Notes: a model not told the origin generated them from the sequence alone. Shown: positions 1 through 11,962, counted from the whole stretch's first letter. The stretch is 63,972 nt of DNA, filler included, from Octopus bimaculoides (GCF_001194135.2; 6 parts of 6 records of this genome joined end to end with filler, not necessarily neighbours in it); one strand, 5' to 3'. Numbers and translations are program-made.

Positions 1-219
1 TTAAAGGTCAAAATTTCTAGTGCGTACTATTTACGAGGTTAAAAATGAAAAATATTTTCTAAGCCAAATTTTCTAAGTGATAAATATGTAAAGGCAATTT
101 ACTTAATATTTATTTTTCACTGACGTTATTACTGTTATTTCTATATTTTCTGCAAACAAAATGCACAAAAAAGCTACATGTTTGCACTGTTACATATGCA
201 ATAATGATAAAGGATGTTA

Positions 220-382
220 CCGTATATACGTTTACAAACCAAGGACGTTATATAGACCTCATTGACTCAAGTTAGAGAAGGGGTGCGTATTATACACAAG
301 GTTTAGGTTTTTCAGAGGTACAGCCCTCTAAAAATCCCCTGCGTATTATACTCAAGGGCAGACTATACTCGAGGATTTACAG
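220..382. mobile_element. Tc2/pogo-type MITE (about 163 bp)
   Basis: TA on both sides (218-219, 383-384). Ends CCGTATATAC.../...TATACTCGAGGATTTACAG resemble the CCGTATATACTCGAGTATAAG-type TIR, and GCGTATTATAC occurs twice internally. The left TIR is degraded. Confidence 0.6.
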
Positions 383-700
383 TATAATAGAAGCTATGAT
401 CAAAAATACTTGCCAAAGGTGACATGTGATGGGATTGAACCAAAAACCATGTGATTGCAAAGCAAACCTCTTAAGCACACAGTCATACCTGCAGTATCTA
501 GTTATAGTTCTTAATGCACCGAGTCCAAAATCCTGCTGTGGTCAACTTTGCTTTCATCTTTCTAATCTGAAATAAAACACAGTCAAGTAGAGAGATGAAT
601 TTAATATTCTTCCTATAGAGCATTCTAGATATAAATGCAATTATAATTGAATTCTAACATTTCTCACGTTTTTGACTAGAGCAACATAAAACTGTGGCAT

Positions 701-731
<31 letters not shown>

Positions 732-1278
732 CCAAATTGTCTATGGAATTATACATTTTTTTTCTTTCAATCTACATTTTCGAAACAATGCTTCATAATA
801 TTCCAAGACTAATAGATTTTTTTTTTTTTTTTTTTTTTTTGCAATAGATTGTTAGGTCAAATTATTTCATACAACTTGTTTGAGGAGAAAAAAAAAATGT
901 GGAACAATGAAGGACATGAAAGAAACAAGAAAAACCTCATCAACTTAAGTTTAACACATTATTCAACTCAAAGTTGGAAATTTATAGGAAAAAAATTACC
1001 AAAGCAAAGCAAAGAGAAAAATAAACACACACACACACACGCACACAGAAAAAATAAAAACAAGCTAAGATCTGACATTTTCAATCAAATGCAACCCATT
1101 TAAACTGGTAGCTGAATAATTAATTCCTCCATGCAGCTTGACAACCAAACTTTAATGTAATTTGTAGAGATTCTCTATACTTCCATGTCACTGATAGTCA
1201 GATAAGATTCTTTTGAAAAATCCCAATACTTTGGAGATTTGTACTAAAATAAGAACTGCGTGTTTCAATGAGATATAT

Positions 1279-1319
<41 letters not shown>

Positions 1320-1485
1320 ATATCATTAATAATAAAGATTATGGCGCATTGGAAGAATTCACTGAGTGACTAACAACAAATTGTAGTCACAGACATTACA
1401 TACAGATTGTTGTAGTTAGCCATTAACTGGAACATAACTGAGAGCTAATACAGCATCCACCCAGATAATATATCCCTCCAAACTC

Positions 1486-1521
<36 letters not shown>

Positions 1522-1927
1522 ATGCATGTATGTATGTATCGCAAGATGAAACAATCATCATATCATGTATGTATGTATGTATGTATGTATAGGCAATTAT
1601 GCAGATAAATGAATTAGGTATATTAAATGTAATATAATAATTTGGCCAGGAAACAAAATATGTACATATGTATATATGAAAAACAAGAAAAAGCAAAAGA
1701 TGGAGAATTTCAGACAATGGACGTTCAAGTACAAATATTATATTTAATCTGTCTAATTTGTTTATCCACATAATTGCCTCTGTATCCACTCAACTTGATC
1801 CCTCTTATAGAACTTTCTTTACCCTGTGGAATCAATCCCCTGTAAAGTGTTCAGTTTCTAAGTTTGAATCTTTTTGAGCACTACTAAGTGTCTTATGTAT
1901 TGAGAATATTTGAATCTCATCTGTGGA

Positions 1928-1975
<48 letters not shown>

Positions 1976-2246
1976 ATGTGCGTATCAGTGTATAAACATA
2001 TTTTAACTAACCCAAAGTTCATTTGTTCTTCATCACTGCTTGGTGCTGAAGCTGATATTTTGATTCCCACCAGGTGGTCCATCACTGATGTTGACTGTTT
2101 TCAGATAAAGCTATGGCTTTAAATCTGCCAAGGGTTATCTCTCTTCAATATTTCCCATTGAGGAAGGCTAAAGAGTCAGAAATACACATCTGGGAAGATA
2201 TAGTGTTTTTACGTCTTTTGACATAAGAGAGAATTTTTTTCTCATA

Positions 2247-2650
2247 GGCGCAGGAGTGGCTGTGTGATAAATAGCTTGCTTACCAACCACATGGTTCCAG
2301 GTTCAGTCCCACTGCGTGGCATCTTGGGCAAGTGTCTTCTACTATAGCCTTGGGTCGACCAAAGCCTTGTGAGTGGATTTGGTAGACGGAAACTGAAAGA
2401 AGCCCATCGTATATATGTATATATATGTGTGTGTGTGTGTTTGTGTGTCTGTGTTTGTCCCCCTAGCATTGCTTGACAACCGATGCTGGTGTGTTTATGT
2501 CCCCGTAACTTAGCGGTTTGGCAAAAGAGACCGATAGAATAAGTACTAGGCTTCCAAAGAATAAGTCCTGGGGTCGATTTGCTCGACTAAAAGGCGGTGC
2601 TCTAGCATGGCCGCAGTCAAATGACTGAAACAAGTAAAAAAAAAAAAAAG
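2247..2650 (+). mobile_element. tRNA-derived SINE, family A, near-intact copy
   Basis: A box TGGCTGTGTG and B box GGTTCAGTCCC, then TTGGGCAAGTGTCTTCT, an internal (TA)/(TG) tract and the 3' end GACTGAAACAAGTAAAA. Many homologous copies occur in the window; this one retains its CpGs. Confidence 0.85.
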
Positions 2651-2779
2651 AATATATATATACATAAATATATATATAGTGCTTGAGAAGACATGTTGAG
2701 CTAAGTAAATGCATGATTGTCCTTGCATACAGGCATGTCTCCTACATCCCTCTTCCTCTGACCATTCCTAATCTTGTGG

Positions 2780-3061
2780 GTTTGTGGTTAGTGGTGTCAT
2801 GTAAAAAGTACTTGTAGTGTTGCCACATAAAAAGCACCTGTGCTGGTGCTACATAGAAAACACCCATGCTGGTACCACATAAAAGTACTCATGCTGGTGC
2901 TGCATAAAAGCACCCAGTACTCTAGGAAGGGTCTCCATCCGTAGAAACCATGCCAAAGCAGACATGGAGACTGGACAACTCTCCAGCCGACCAGCTTCTG
3001 TCAAACCATCCATATCATGCCAGAATGGAAAACAGACATTAAATGATGATGAAGATGATGA

Positions 3062-3100
<39 letters not shown>

Positions 3101-3298
3101 CTGATGGCCCGTAAAAAGCACCTTTTGAGCGCGATCATTTGCAGCTTTGCCTTACTGGCACTTGTGCCGGTGGCATGTGAACAAAACATTGGACAGATTC
3201 CTGTGCAGGTGGCATGTAAAAAACACCATTTGAGCGTGGCTGTTGCCAGTACCACCGAACTGGCCTTCGTGCTGGTGGCACATAAAAAGCACCCACTA
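2780..3298 (+). mobile_element. Fragments of RTE-tailed SINE family D
   Basis: Repeated GGTGGCAYRTAAAAAGCACC motifs and a 3' end CATGCCAGAATGGAAAACAGACATTAAATGATGATGA, shared with copies at 7263, 29600, 42040, 43490 and 52905. Confidence 0.6.
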
Positions 3299-3667
3299 TA
3301 TAATTATGTGTGTGTGTGTNNNNNNNNNNNNNNNNNNNNNNNNNNNNNNNNNNNNNNNNNNNNNNNNNNNNNNNNNNNNNNNNNNNNNNNNNNNNNNNNN
3401 NNNNNNNNNNNNNNNNNNNNNNNNNNNNNNNNNNNNNNNNNNNNNNNNNNNNNNNNNNNNNNNNNNNNNNNNNNNNNNNNNNNNNNNNNNNNNNNNNNNN
3501 NNNNNNNNNNNNNNNNNNNNNNNNNNNNNNNNNNNNNNNNNNNNNNNNNNNNNNNNNNNNNNNNNNNNNNNNNNNNNNNNNTTAGTACTAGGTTTACAAA
3601 GAATAAGTCCTGGGGTCGATTTGCTCAACTAAAGGCAGTGCTCCAGCATGGCTGCAGTCAAATAAAA

Positions 3668-3699
<32 letters not shown>

Positions 3700-3701
<2 letters not shown>

Positions 3702-3905
3702 TCATTCGCCATGATAGATCGCTAGCCACTACACATTCTTTTTTTCTCTCCTTGTTTCTTTCTGTGTTCTTTTCTGTGGAAGAGTGTAGGCTCGAAACGT
3801 TAAAGACTTTTTCACTTCCCGAGCATTATACTAATACATCTGTTTGTTGTCTACACCACCTGTCTTTGTCTTTTGTTTTTTTTTGTGAATTCTCCTTCTT
3901 ATATA
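3700..3905 (+). mobile_element. Penelope-like terminal fragment with hammerhead-like fold
   Basis: CTGTGGAAGAGTGTAGGCTCGAAACGTTAAAGA; homologous to the minus-strand copy at 41240-41410; flanked by (TA)n. Confidence 0.6.
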
Positions 3906-4399
3906 TGACATACTTTACTCCTAACATATCTATAATGTAGATAAGCCAGGAGGTGCATTGTTCATCTGAGAAAAAAATCTCTTTGTAGATGTATTGCATT
4001 AAAAACAATATACTGCAGAACTAGACGAAACAAAATCCTCCCTGAAGCATCTGTGATTGGGACAGATGTGCATTTCACTGTTTTTTTTTTTTTGTTTGTT
4101 TGTTTTTTCACCTGTTAATGCTACACACTCATATCATTTCTGATACAAAATAGTGTCGGTTAGATTAAAGTATATAGACACAATGAATAAACAATTCACT
4201 GACGTTGCAGAAATGCTGTTAGGCTGAATAAAATTCAAACTTTGCAATAGAGGCAACTCTTGATTTAACTCTTTTATTTATATGTTATACTCTTTATAGA
4301 AACCCAGAAGCTGCAGTGTTCATCTGGCAAAGACAAAGTATCAGTCAAATATTTATGGTGTTAGCTAACACCCTCCTCTTGAAATGGGTGGCTTTATTT

Positions 4400-4612
4400 T
4401 TTATCTTTTATTTGTTTCAGTCATTGGACAGTGGCAAAGCTGGAGCACTACCTTGAAGAATATTTAGCTGATTGAATGATCCCTGTACTTACTTTGTTTT
4501 TTTTTAAACTGGTACTTATCATATTGGTCTTTTTGGCTGAACTGCTAAGTTACAGGAATTTACACACACTGACAACAGTTACTGAGTGGTGGTGGGGAAT
4601 AAGCACAGAGAG

Positions 4613-4649
<37 letters not shown>

Positions 4650-4818
4650 TATGTATATGATGGGTTTCTTTCAGTTTCCGTCTACCAAATCCACTTACAA
4701 GGTTTTGGTCGGCTTGAGGCTATAGTAGAATGCACTTGCCCATGGTACCATGCAGTGGGACTGAACCCAGAACCATGTGATCGGGAAGCAAACTTCTTAC
4801 CACACAGCCATGGCTACA
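4400..4818 (-). mobile_element. SINE family A, degenerate full-length copy
   Basis: Reverse-complement match to the 2247 copy along its length, including the internal (CA)n/(TA)n tract. Confidence 0.8.
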
Positions 4819-4848
4819 TCATCGCCATCAACATCAACATCACCATCA

Positions 4849-4889
<41 letters not shown>

Positions 4890-4891
<2 letters not shown>

Positions 4892-5570
4892 GGCTGTGAG
4901 CTACCAGAATTGTTACTGTGTTGAACAAAATGCTCAGAATTTTTTCCATCTTTAGGTTTAGAGTTCAAATACCAGAGATCATCCGTCTTTATGTTCTGAG
5001 TTCAAATTCCACCGAGTTGACTTTACCTTTTATCCTTTCAGGGTTGATGAAATAAGTACCAGTCATTGCGATCAATGTAATCAACTAGTCCCCTCTCCCA
5101 AAATTTCAGGTCTTGTGCCTATAGAAGAAAGAATTATCAGCTTGTTATTAGGTACTAATCACAGAGACTCAGAGAATGGTACCCGTGTTGTACAAAGTGG
5201 TTAGTGGTGTTTTGCCCATCATTTCCGCTGAGATTAACGTTATCTTTCATCTATTTCAGGGTGAATAAGATAAGTACCACTTGAGTACTAAGGTCGATGA
5301 AATCAGCTAGCCCCTCCCCCAAAATTTCAGGCCTTGTGCTTGTTGAAGAAAGAATTGTTAAGGCTACGGGTTTGCGGAATCATTAGCATGCTAAGCAAAA
5401 TTGCATAGCTGTATTTCTTTTGGTTCTTTAGTCTAAGTTCAAATTCCACCAACATCAACTTTACCATTCCTCCTTTCAGAGTCAATGTACCAGTAATGTA
5501 CTGGGGGGGGGGGGAAATGTAATCGATTTGCCCCCTTCCCTCGAAATTGCTGGCCTTGCACCAAAAAAAT
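4890..5570 (+). mobile_element. Cluster of about three SINE family B copies
   Basis: Repeated TTCTGAGTTCAAATTCCACCGAG..GACTTT.CCTTT..TCCTTTCAGGG..GAT.AAATAAGTACCAG core and CCCCAAAATTTCAGGCCTTGTGC 3' end. The central block resembles the Nin/Deu-type SINE domain (inference). Confidence 0.7.
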
Positions 5571-5826
5571 TTTTAATTATTATTATTATTATCAGCAGTA
5601 ACATCATAATCATCATCATCATCATCATCATTTTTATGTTGTTAAACACACTTCTTGGCCTGTCAGAAGTAAACTGATTAAAACGTAGATAAAATGTGCT
5701 GTCAAATTGTTCATTTAAGAGATTCAGTAAGAGATAATCAGTTGTTTATAAATGTTAGAATTTTTTCAAGAATTTCCTTGGATGATTCGCTGTTGAAACT
5801 AGATCAGTTGATAGGATATCATTCCA

Positions 5827-5859
<33 letters not shown>

Positions 5860-6277
5860 AGAAAAAAATTGATCTATAGTGCAAACCTCTTAATGGTTAC
5901 TGTATTGTAATGTCTAAAACTATGCACATACACACACTCAAACACACTCACACACACAAACTCACACATAAACACATATACACACATATATACACACACA
6001 CACATGCATTGGAACTCTACACCAGTGCAATCTCACTTTTATAAAGTTTATCAACTTCATCATTTACATGTCCGCTTTTCCTCTGGTTGCATTTGCTGAG
6101 GAAAATTTCTTGATGCCGCATACCATACTCCTGCTGATGGCCACATTTGCTTTCAGTTAAGGTATTTTAATTCATATCTTTGCATATGGAACTGGTGCCA
6201 GAAATTTTAGTTCTGGAAAACAAAAACAAATCATCATTGTACTGGTGTGAATTTGACAATGTTGTTGTTGTTGTTGG

Positions 6278-6652
6278 CACTCCGTCACTTACGACGTCGA
6301 GTGTTCCACTTGATCCGATCAATGGAACAGCCTGCTCGTGAAATTAACGTGCCAGTGGCTGAGCACTCCACAGACATGTGTAACCTTGACGTAGTTCTCA
6401 GGGATATTCAGCGTGACACAGTGTGACAAGGCTGACCCTTTGAATTACAAGTTCAACAGAAACAGGAAGTAAGAGTGAGAGAAAGCTGTGGTGAAAGAGT
6501 ACAGCAGGGTTCACCACCATCCCCTGCCGGAGCCTTGTGGAGCTTTAGGTGTTTTTGCTCAATAAACACTCACAACACCCGGTATGGGAATTGAAACCGC
6601 GATCCTATGACCGCGAGTCCGCTGCCCTAACCACTGGGCCATTGCACCTCCA
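6278..6652 (-). mobile_element. tRNA-derived SINE family C (tRNA-Arg-like head)
   Basis: The minus strand begins GTGGAGGTGCAATGGCCCAGTGGTTAGGGCAGCGGACTCGCGGTCATAGGATCGCGGTTTCAATTCC (A and B boxes). A homologous head lies at 20288-20365 (+). The tail runs into (AAC)n. Confidence 0.8.
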
Positions 6653-7262
6653 CATTTGACAATACATAGAGACAAACACTTGCAAATGTTAGCCTCTGTT
6701 GCACCTGGGTCTACTCTGATCTAGAGTTATAGAGTCCCAGCTATGGGTTAATTAACATGTAAATAAAAACCAGAGGAAGTGAGGGAGCCCTAACTGTTGT
6801 CAGAGCATCCGTCTAAGAGACTGATTCTCTGATGTAAAACCTTCAGTTTCATGTGATTACCGGTCATCTTGCTACAGCTTGTTATTAGGTACTAATCACA
6901 GAGACTCAGAGAATGGTACCCGTGTTGTACAAGTATTTATCACTATAATCCAATGAGATACAGATGTCTCTTTATGGTGATCCAGTTTGTCATTTTATAT
7001 TCCATCTACTGAAAGTCCTACATAAGGAGTAATCTGATCAAGAGAGACAAATTCCTGGTTTTACAGAGGCTTTTTTTTAACCCTTTAGTATTTAAACCAA
7101 CCATATCAAGCCCTAATATTCTTCCTGTTTTATGTTCAAACTGGCCAGATCTGGCCACTCACACTTATGTCATTCAAAAAATAAATAAAAACCAGAGGGA
7201 GTGAGGGGTCCCTAGCTGCTGCCACAGCATTTTTCTAGGAGAGTGATACCTTGATGTAAAAT

Positions 7263-7580
7263 CAAAGCACGTGGAAAGACATTCGAGCGAGATCATTGCC
7301 AGTGCCACTGGACTGGCTCCTGTGCAGGTGGCACGTAAAATACACCATTTTGCGCGTGGCCGTTGCCAGTACCGCCTGACTGGCCTTCATGCCAGTGGCA
7401 CGTAAAAGCACCCACTACACTCTTGGAGTGGTTAGTGTTAGGAAGGGCATCCAGCTGTAGAAACTCTGCCAAATCAGATTGGAGTCTGGTGTAGCCACCT
7501 GGTCCACCAGTCCTCAGTCAAATCATCCAACCCATGCTAGCATGGAAAGCAGATGTTAAACGACGATGATGATGATGATG
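7263..7580 (+). mobile_element. RTE-tailed SINE family D, well-preserved copy
   Basis: GGTGGCACGTAAAA repeats, TTAGGAAGGGCATCCAGCTGTAGAAAC and a 3' end CCCATGCTAGCATGGAAAGCAGATGTTAAACGACGATGATGATG. Confidence 0.75.
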
Positions 7581-7714
7581 AATCATCAAAATATACAATC
7601 AATCATCAAAATTGTGAAACTGAGATAAAACATGATTAAATCAAAACAATGTGAATAAATAAGCATTACTTTTGGCAAAATAATCTGAATGCTAAAAGCA
7701 AAGGTCAAGATAAA

Positions 7715-7962
7715 GTTAACTTTTTGAGTCATACCAACTCATAAGGATCCCAGTTTCCCAGTTTCATGGCCCATATATTCCCCTCCTGAACAGGATGCCA
7801 GTCCATTGCAGCATTACTCACTTTTGCCAGCTGAGTGAACTGGAGCAACATGAAATGAAGCGTTTTGCTCAAAAACACAAAGCGTTGCCTGGTCCAGGAG
7901 CTGAAACCACAATCTTAGAAATATGAGTCCAACACCTTAACCACTAAGCTATGTGTTTCCAC
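7715..7962 (-). mobile_element. tRNA-derived SINE family E
   Basis: Minus-strand head GTGGAAACACATAGCTTAGTGGTTAAGGTGTTGGACTCAT...GTGGTTTCAGCTCC. The body TGAACTGGAGCAACATGAAATGAAG is also seen near 14060 and 25304. Confidence 0.65.
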
Positions 7963-8541
7963 AAATACTAAAGGGGTTAAAATAAATAAAAACCAGAGGG
8001 AGTAAGCGGTCCCTAGCTGCTGGCCACAGCATTTTTCTAGGAGAGTGATACCTTGATGTAAAATCTGCTGTTTCACCTGATAATTAATCATCTCACTTCA
8101 GCTTGTCATTAAGTACAAACCACATAGACTCAGAGAATGGTACTCATGCTGTACAGGCATTTATTACTATAATCCAATGATGTACAGATGTCTCTTTAGA
8201 GTGACCTCATTTGTCATTTGTCATTCCTTCTACAGAATGTCCTATGGTAAGAGAAATCCTCTCAAAGAAGCCAATTTCCAGGCTTTATAGAGGCTTCTTT
8301 AAAGGTTGAAGAGTATTTGTGTATGAAAATTTCAACCATACCTTCTTTTTTCATTGAGGCAAGATTCATTGAGGCAGATTTTTTCTATGGCCAGTTGTTC
8401 TTCCTTTAACCAATTCTCACCAATTTCTAGTAGGATGATATTTACCCTAGTCCTTCAAGCAAGGACAGCACAACAGCTGGACATGTTTTCACAGAAGACT
8501 GCAAATTGATGACACTTTGTTTAATATCTCTTTGTCCACAT

Positions 8542-8712
8542 CTTTTGGTCCGATGTCTTTTTTCCTGATGACTTTTTTGTCCAATTTTAAATAAACTCTT
8601 TAGAAAACAAACAAGGTGAACATCAAAATCAAATAATCGTTGAGAATTTTATTGATAGGGTTTGTCGTTGGACAAAAAAATATCAGCAAACAAAAAGACG
8701 TCGGACCAAAAG
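8542..8712. repeat. Inverted-repeat (MITE-like) element, right end lost in a gap
   Basis: CTTTTGGTCCGATGTCTTTTT...TTTTTTGTCCAA (8542-8584) versus TTGGACAAAAAAA...AAAAAGACGTCGGACCAAAAG (8668-8712). Confidence 0.55.
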
Positions 8713-9048
8713 NNNNNNNNNNNNNNNNNNNNNNNNNNNNNNNNNNNNNNNNNNNNNNNNNNNNNNNNNNNNNNNNNNNNNNNNNNNNNNNNNNNNNNNN
8801 NNNNNNNNNNNNNNNNNNNNNNNNNNNNNNNNNNNNNNNNNNNNNNNNNNNNNNNNNNNNNNNNNNNNNNNNNNNNNNNNNNNNNNNNNNNNNNNNNNNN
8901 NNNNNNNNNNNNNNNNNNNNNNNNNNNNNNNNNNNNNNNNNNNNNNNNNNNNNNNNNNNNNNNNNNNNNNNNNNNNNNNNNNNNNNNNNNNNNNNNNNNN
9001 NNNNNNNNNNNNNNNNNNNNNNNNNNNNNNNNNNNNNNNNNNNNNNNN

Positions 9049-9087
<39 letters not shown>

Positions 9088-9779
9088 AGTGAGTGGACAA
9101 ATGAAAGAAAAGGGCACTCAACTCATTTAGTAGAAGTTACAGTTTGATTCAGTTCCATGTAACTTACTTAAAATTTCACGAGCTTCTGTTAGAGGCCTGT
9201 GAAACTGTACATTGCATGGAACCAAATCAAACTTTTAAATAATATGTGTGTGTGTGTGTGTGTGTGATTATGTGTATGTGTTTTTGTGTTGTGTTTGACC
9301 CCACCACTGTTTGACAGCTGGTGTTGGTTTGTTTATGTCGCATGGAACTTAATGGTTAGGCCAAAAGAAACTGATAGAATAAGTAGCAGGCTTTAAAAAA
9401 AAGTACTGGTGATGATTTGTTTGACTAAAATTCTCCAAGACAGTGCCCCAGTATGGGCGCAGTCTAATGACTAGAACAAACAAAAACTAGAACATACAGC
9501 TTCCTTTTAATTTCTATCTACTAAATACACTCGTAAATCTTTGTTCTACCTAAGGCTACAATAGACGACACTTGTCCAAAGAGCCATACTATGGAACTGA
9601 AGAACAAGTGTCTTCTATTATAGTCTTGGACATGAAAATTCAATTTATTAACAAATACCATTTGGTACATGATAATAAGATATGTCACTCAGTACTTAAC
9701 TATATGTTATTATAGCAGAGAGTGCCATCAGGAAATTTAATACTGCATCTCTCTTCGTCTGACCTGTCATAGAAATCAT

Positions 9780-10210
9780 CATTCATTGGCTGATGATGTC
9801 ATTCTCGTTAACTCCACAGACAAACAATAGACTATAACTATCATTGCAATCATTGAACTCATTAGCATTGTTATATTAACCATTCTTGTTAGCATTCTCA
9901 TCATCATCATCATCATCACCACCACTACCACCATCATCATCATCATCATAGTTATCGTCATCATTATCATCATCATTGTCATTGTAAGCATCACTGTCAT
10001 CTTCATTGTCATCATCATCCTCAGCACCATCTTCACTACCAAAGCCATCACCTCCACTGTCGCCGCCACCACCACCACCACCACCACCACCATTGCTTCT
10101 AAGACCATCACAGCTACTACCACTAACTCCACTACCATCACAACCAGCATCACCACATCCTCAACATTGTCGTCATCATTGTCATTGTCATCATCATCAT
10201 CATCTTTGAT
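9780..10210. repeat. Degenerate (CAT/CAC)n trinucleotide low-complexity tract
   Basis: Long imperfect CAT/CAC runs; the M/V- and P/H-rich ORFs here are artefacts of the repeat. Confidence 0.85.
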
Positions 10211-10214
10211 GATG

Positions 10215-10650
10215 GCTTCAAATTATGGCACAATGCCAGCAATTTTTGTGGGATGGGGTAAGTGTGTTGGATTCAACCCCAGTACTTGACTGGTACTCGT
10301 TTTATCAGCCCTGAAAGGATGAAACGCCAAGTAGGTCTTGGTGGAGTTTGAACACAGAACATAAAGAGCCGGAAGAAATGTTACTAAGCATTTTGTCCAA
10401 CATGCTAACAATTCTGCCAGCTCACCACCCCTTCTATTGTAGGCACAAAGCCTGAAATTTATGGTGGAAAGGAGCTAATTGATAACATCGACCCCAAGTG
10501 TTAACTAGTTCTTTTTTTATCAATCCTGAAGGGATGAAAGGTAAAGTTAGCCTCAGCAAGATTTGAACTCAGAATGTAGAGAGCCAGAAGACATTCTTCC
10601 AAGCATTTTGTTTGATATGCTAATGATCCTGCCATCTCTCTGTCAGGTCA
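10215..10650 (-). mobile_element. Two tandem SINE family B copies
   Basis: Two reverse-complement matches to the family B core (GAATTTGAACTCAGAA, CATGCTAACAATTCTGCCAGCTCACC). Confidence 0.7.
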
Positions 10651-11608
10651 TCGTCTACTATAATAATTCTGCTTGTCACTCCGTTACTTAGCCCGTCCGT
10701 AACACCCCCACATGATTAGTTGAAGGGAGGAGGGGAGGGGAGTGAGGAATGGGAGGGTGAGGTGGGGAGGGTGGTTGAAAGGGAGTTCAGGAATGGGGGA
10801 GGGGCTTGTTGAATATATCAACCCCAGGGTTCAAAAGACATTTATTTACTCTTTTTACTTNNNNNNNNNNNNNNNNNNNNNNNNNNNNNNNNNNNNNNNN
10901 NNNNNNNNNNNNNNNNNNNNNNNNNNNNNNNNNNNNNNNNNNNNNNNNNNNNNNNNNNNNNNNNNNNNNNNNNNNNNNNNNNNNNNNNNNNNNNNNNNNN
11001 NNNNNNNNNNNNNNNNNNNNNNNNNNNNNNNNNNNNNNNNNNNNNNNNNNNNNNNNNNNNNNNNNNNNNNNNNNNNNNNNNNNNNNNNNNNNNNNNNNNN
11101 NNNNNNNNNNNNNNNNNNNNNNNNNNNNNNNNNNNNNNNNNNNNNNNNNNNNNNNNNNNNNNNNNNNNNNNNNNNNNNNNNNNNNNNNNNNNNNNNNNNN
11201 NNNNNNNNNNNNNNNNNNNNNNNNNNNNNNNNNNNNNNNNNNNNNNNNNNNNNNNNNNNNNNNNNNNNNNNNNNNNNNNNNNNNNNNNNNNNNNNNNNNN
11301 NNNNNNNNNNNNNNNNNNNNNNNNNNNNNNNNNNNNNNNNNNNNNNNNNNNNNNNNNNNNNNNNNNNNNNNNNNNNNNNNNNNNNNNNNNNNNNNNNNNN
11401 NNNNNNNNNNNNNNNNNNNNNNNNNNNNNCACTCCTCCAAAAGGATAAAAGGCAGAGTTGACCTTGGCGGAATTTGAACTCAGGACACATAAAACCAGAA
11501 AAACTGCCTCTAGTCATTTTGTTCAGTATTCTCATGCTTCTGTCAGCTCGCCACCATATCATCATCCTTATTATGATACCCTTTTCATTATCATCAATGT
11601 CAACAGTA

Positions 11609-11665
<57 letters not shown>

Positions 11666-11876
11666 TTTCCTTCTTCTCTACACCCCCCCCCATACACATC
11701 TGCACACTTTAATACACATACACATGAATGTGCATATACTGTATGTATGTATGTATATATGACTGTATGAATATGTCTGTGTATACCTATGTGTGTATGT
11801 GACTGTGTGTGTGTATGTGACTGTGTGTGTATGTGACTCTGTGTGTGTATGTGACTCTGTGTGTGTATGTGACTCT

Positions 11877-11914
<38 letters not shown>

Positions 11915-11919
11915 GTGTA

Positions 11920-11962
11920 TTGGGTCATCCTATAAATAATGTGGTTTTTCAGTTGCATGAAC
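11920..11962 (+). mobile_element. Isolated mariner terminal stub (same family as 14213-15466)
   Basis: TA|TTGGGTCATCCTATAAATAATGTGGTTTTTCAGTTGCATGAAC closely matches the reverse complement of 15425-15466; it is embedded in a TG/TA microsatellite. Confidence 0.75.

Larger units (their letters stand above)
6762..8305. repeat. Unclassified ~320-bp unit repeated locally (6762-7078, partial 7186-7262, 7983-8305), interleaved with MITE and SINE insertions
   Basis: Each copy starts AATAAAAACCAGAGG. Colinear blocks such as GACTCAGAGAATGGTAC, ACTATAATCCAATGA and ACAGATGTCTCTTTA are shared between the long copies. Confidence 0.65.

Noticed and set aside
849-1103. ORF behind a strong poly-T/AG acceptor
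   Set aside because: No recognisable protein, no good donor, and the frame runs into (CA)n and A-runs.
6580-6652. tRNA gene-like sequence on the minus strand (also 20288-20365 and 21684-21750)
   Set aside because: These are SINE heads: there is no acceptor-stem pairing, and they continue into repeat bodies.
9779-10209. Met/Val- and Pro/His-rich ORFs (also 26123-26620)
   Set aside because: Translations of CAT/CAC/GAT microsatellites.
10727-10805. G-run-rich tract with G-quadruplex potential
   Set aside because: Ordinary purine low-complexity sequence next to a gap, with no supporting context.
11790-11880. (QSHIHT)n peptide repeat from an 18-bp tandem unit
   Set aside because: A compound TG microsatellite variant, not coding.
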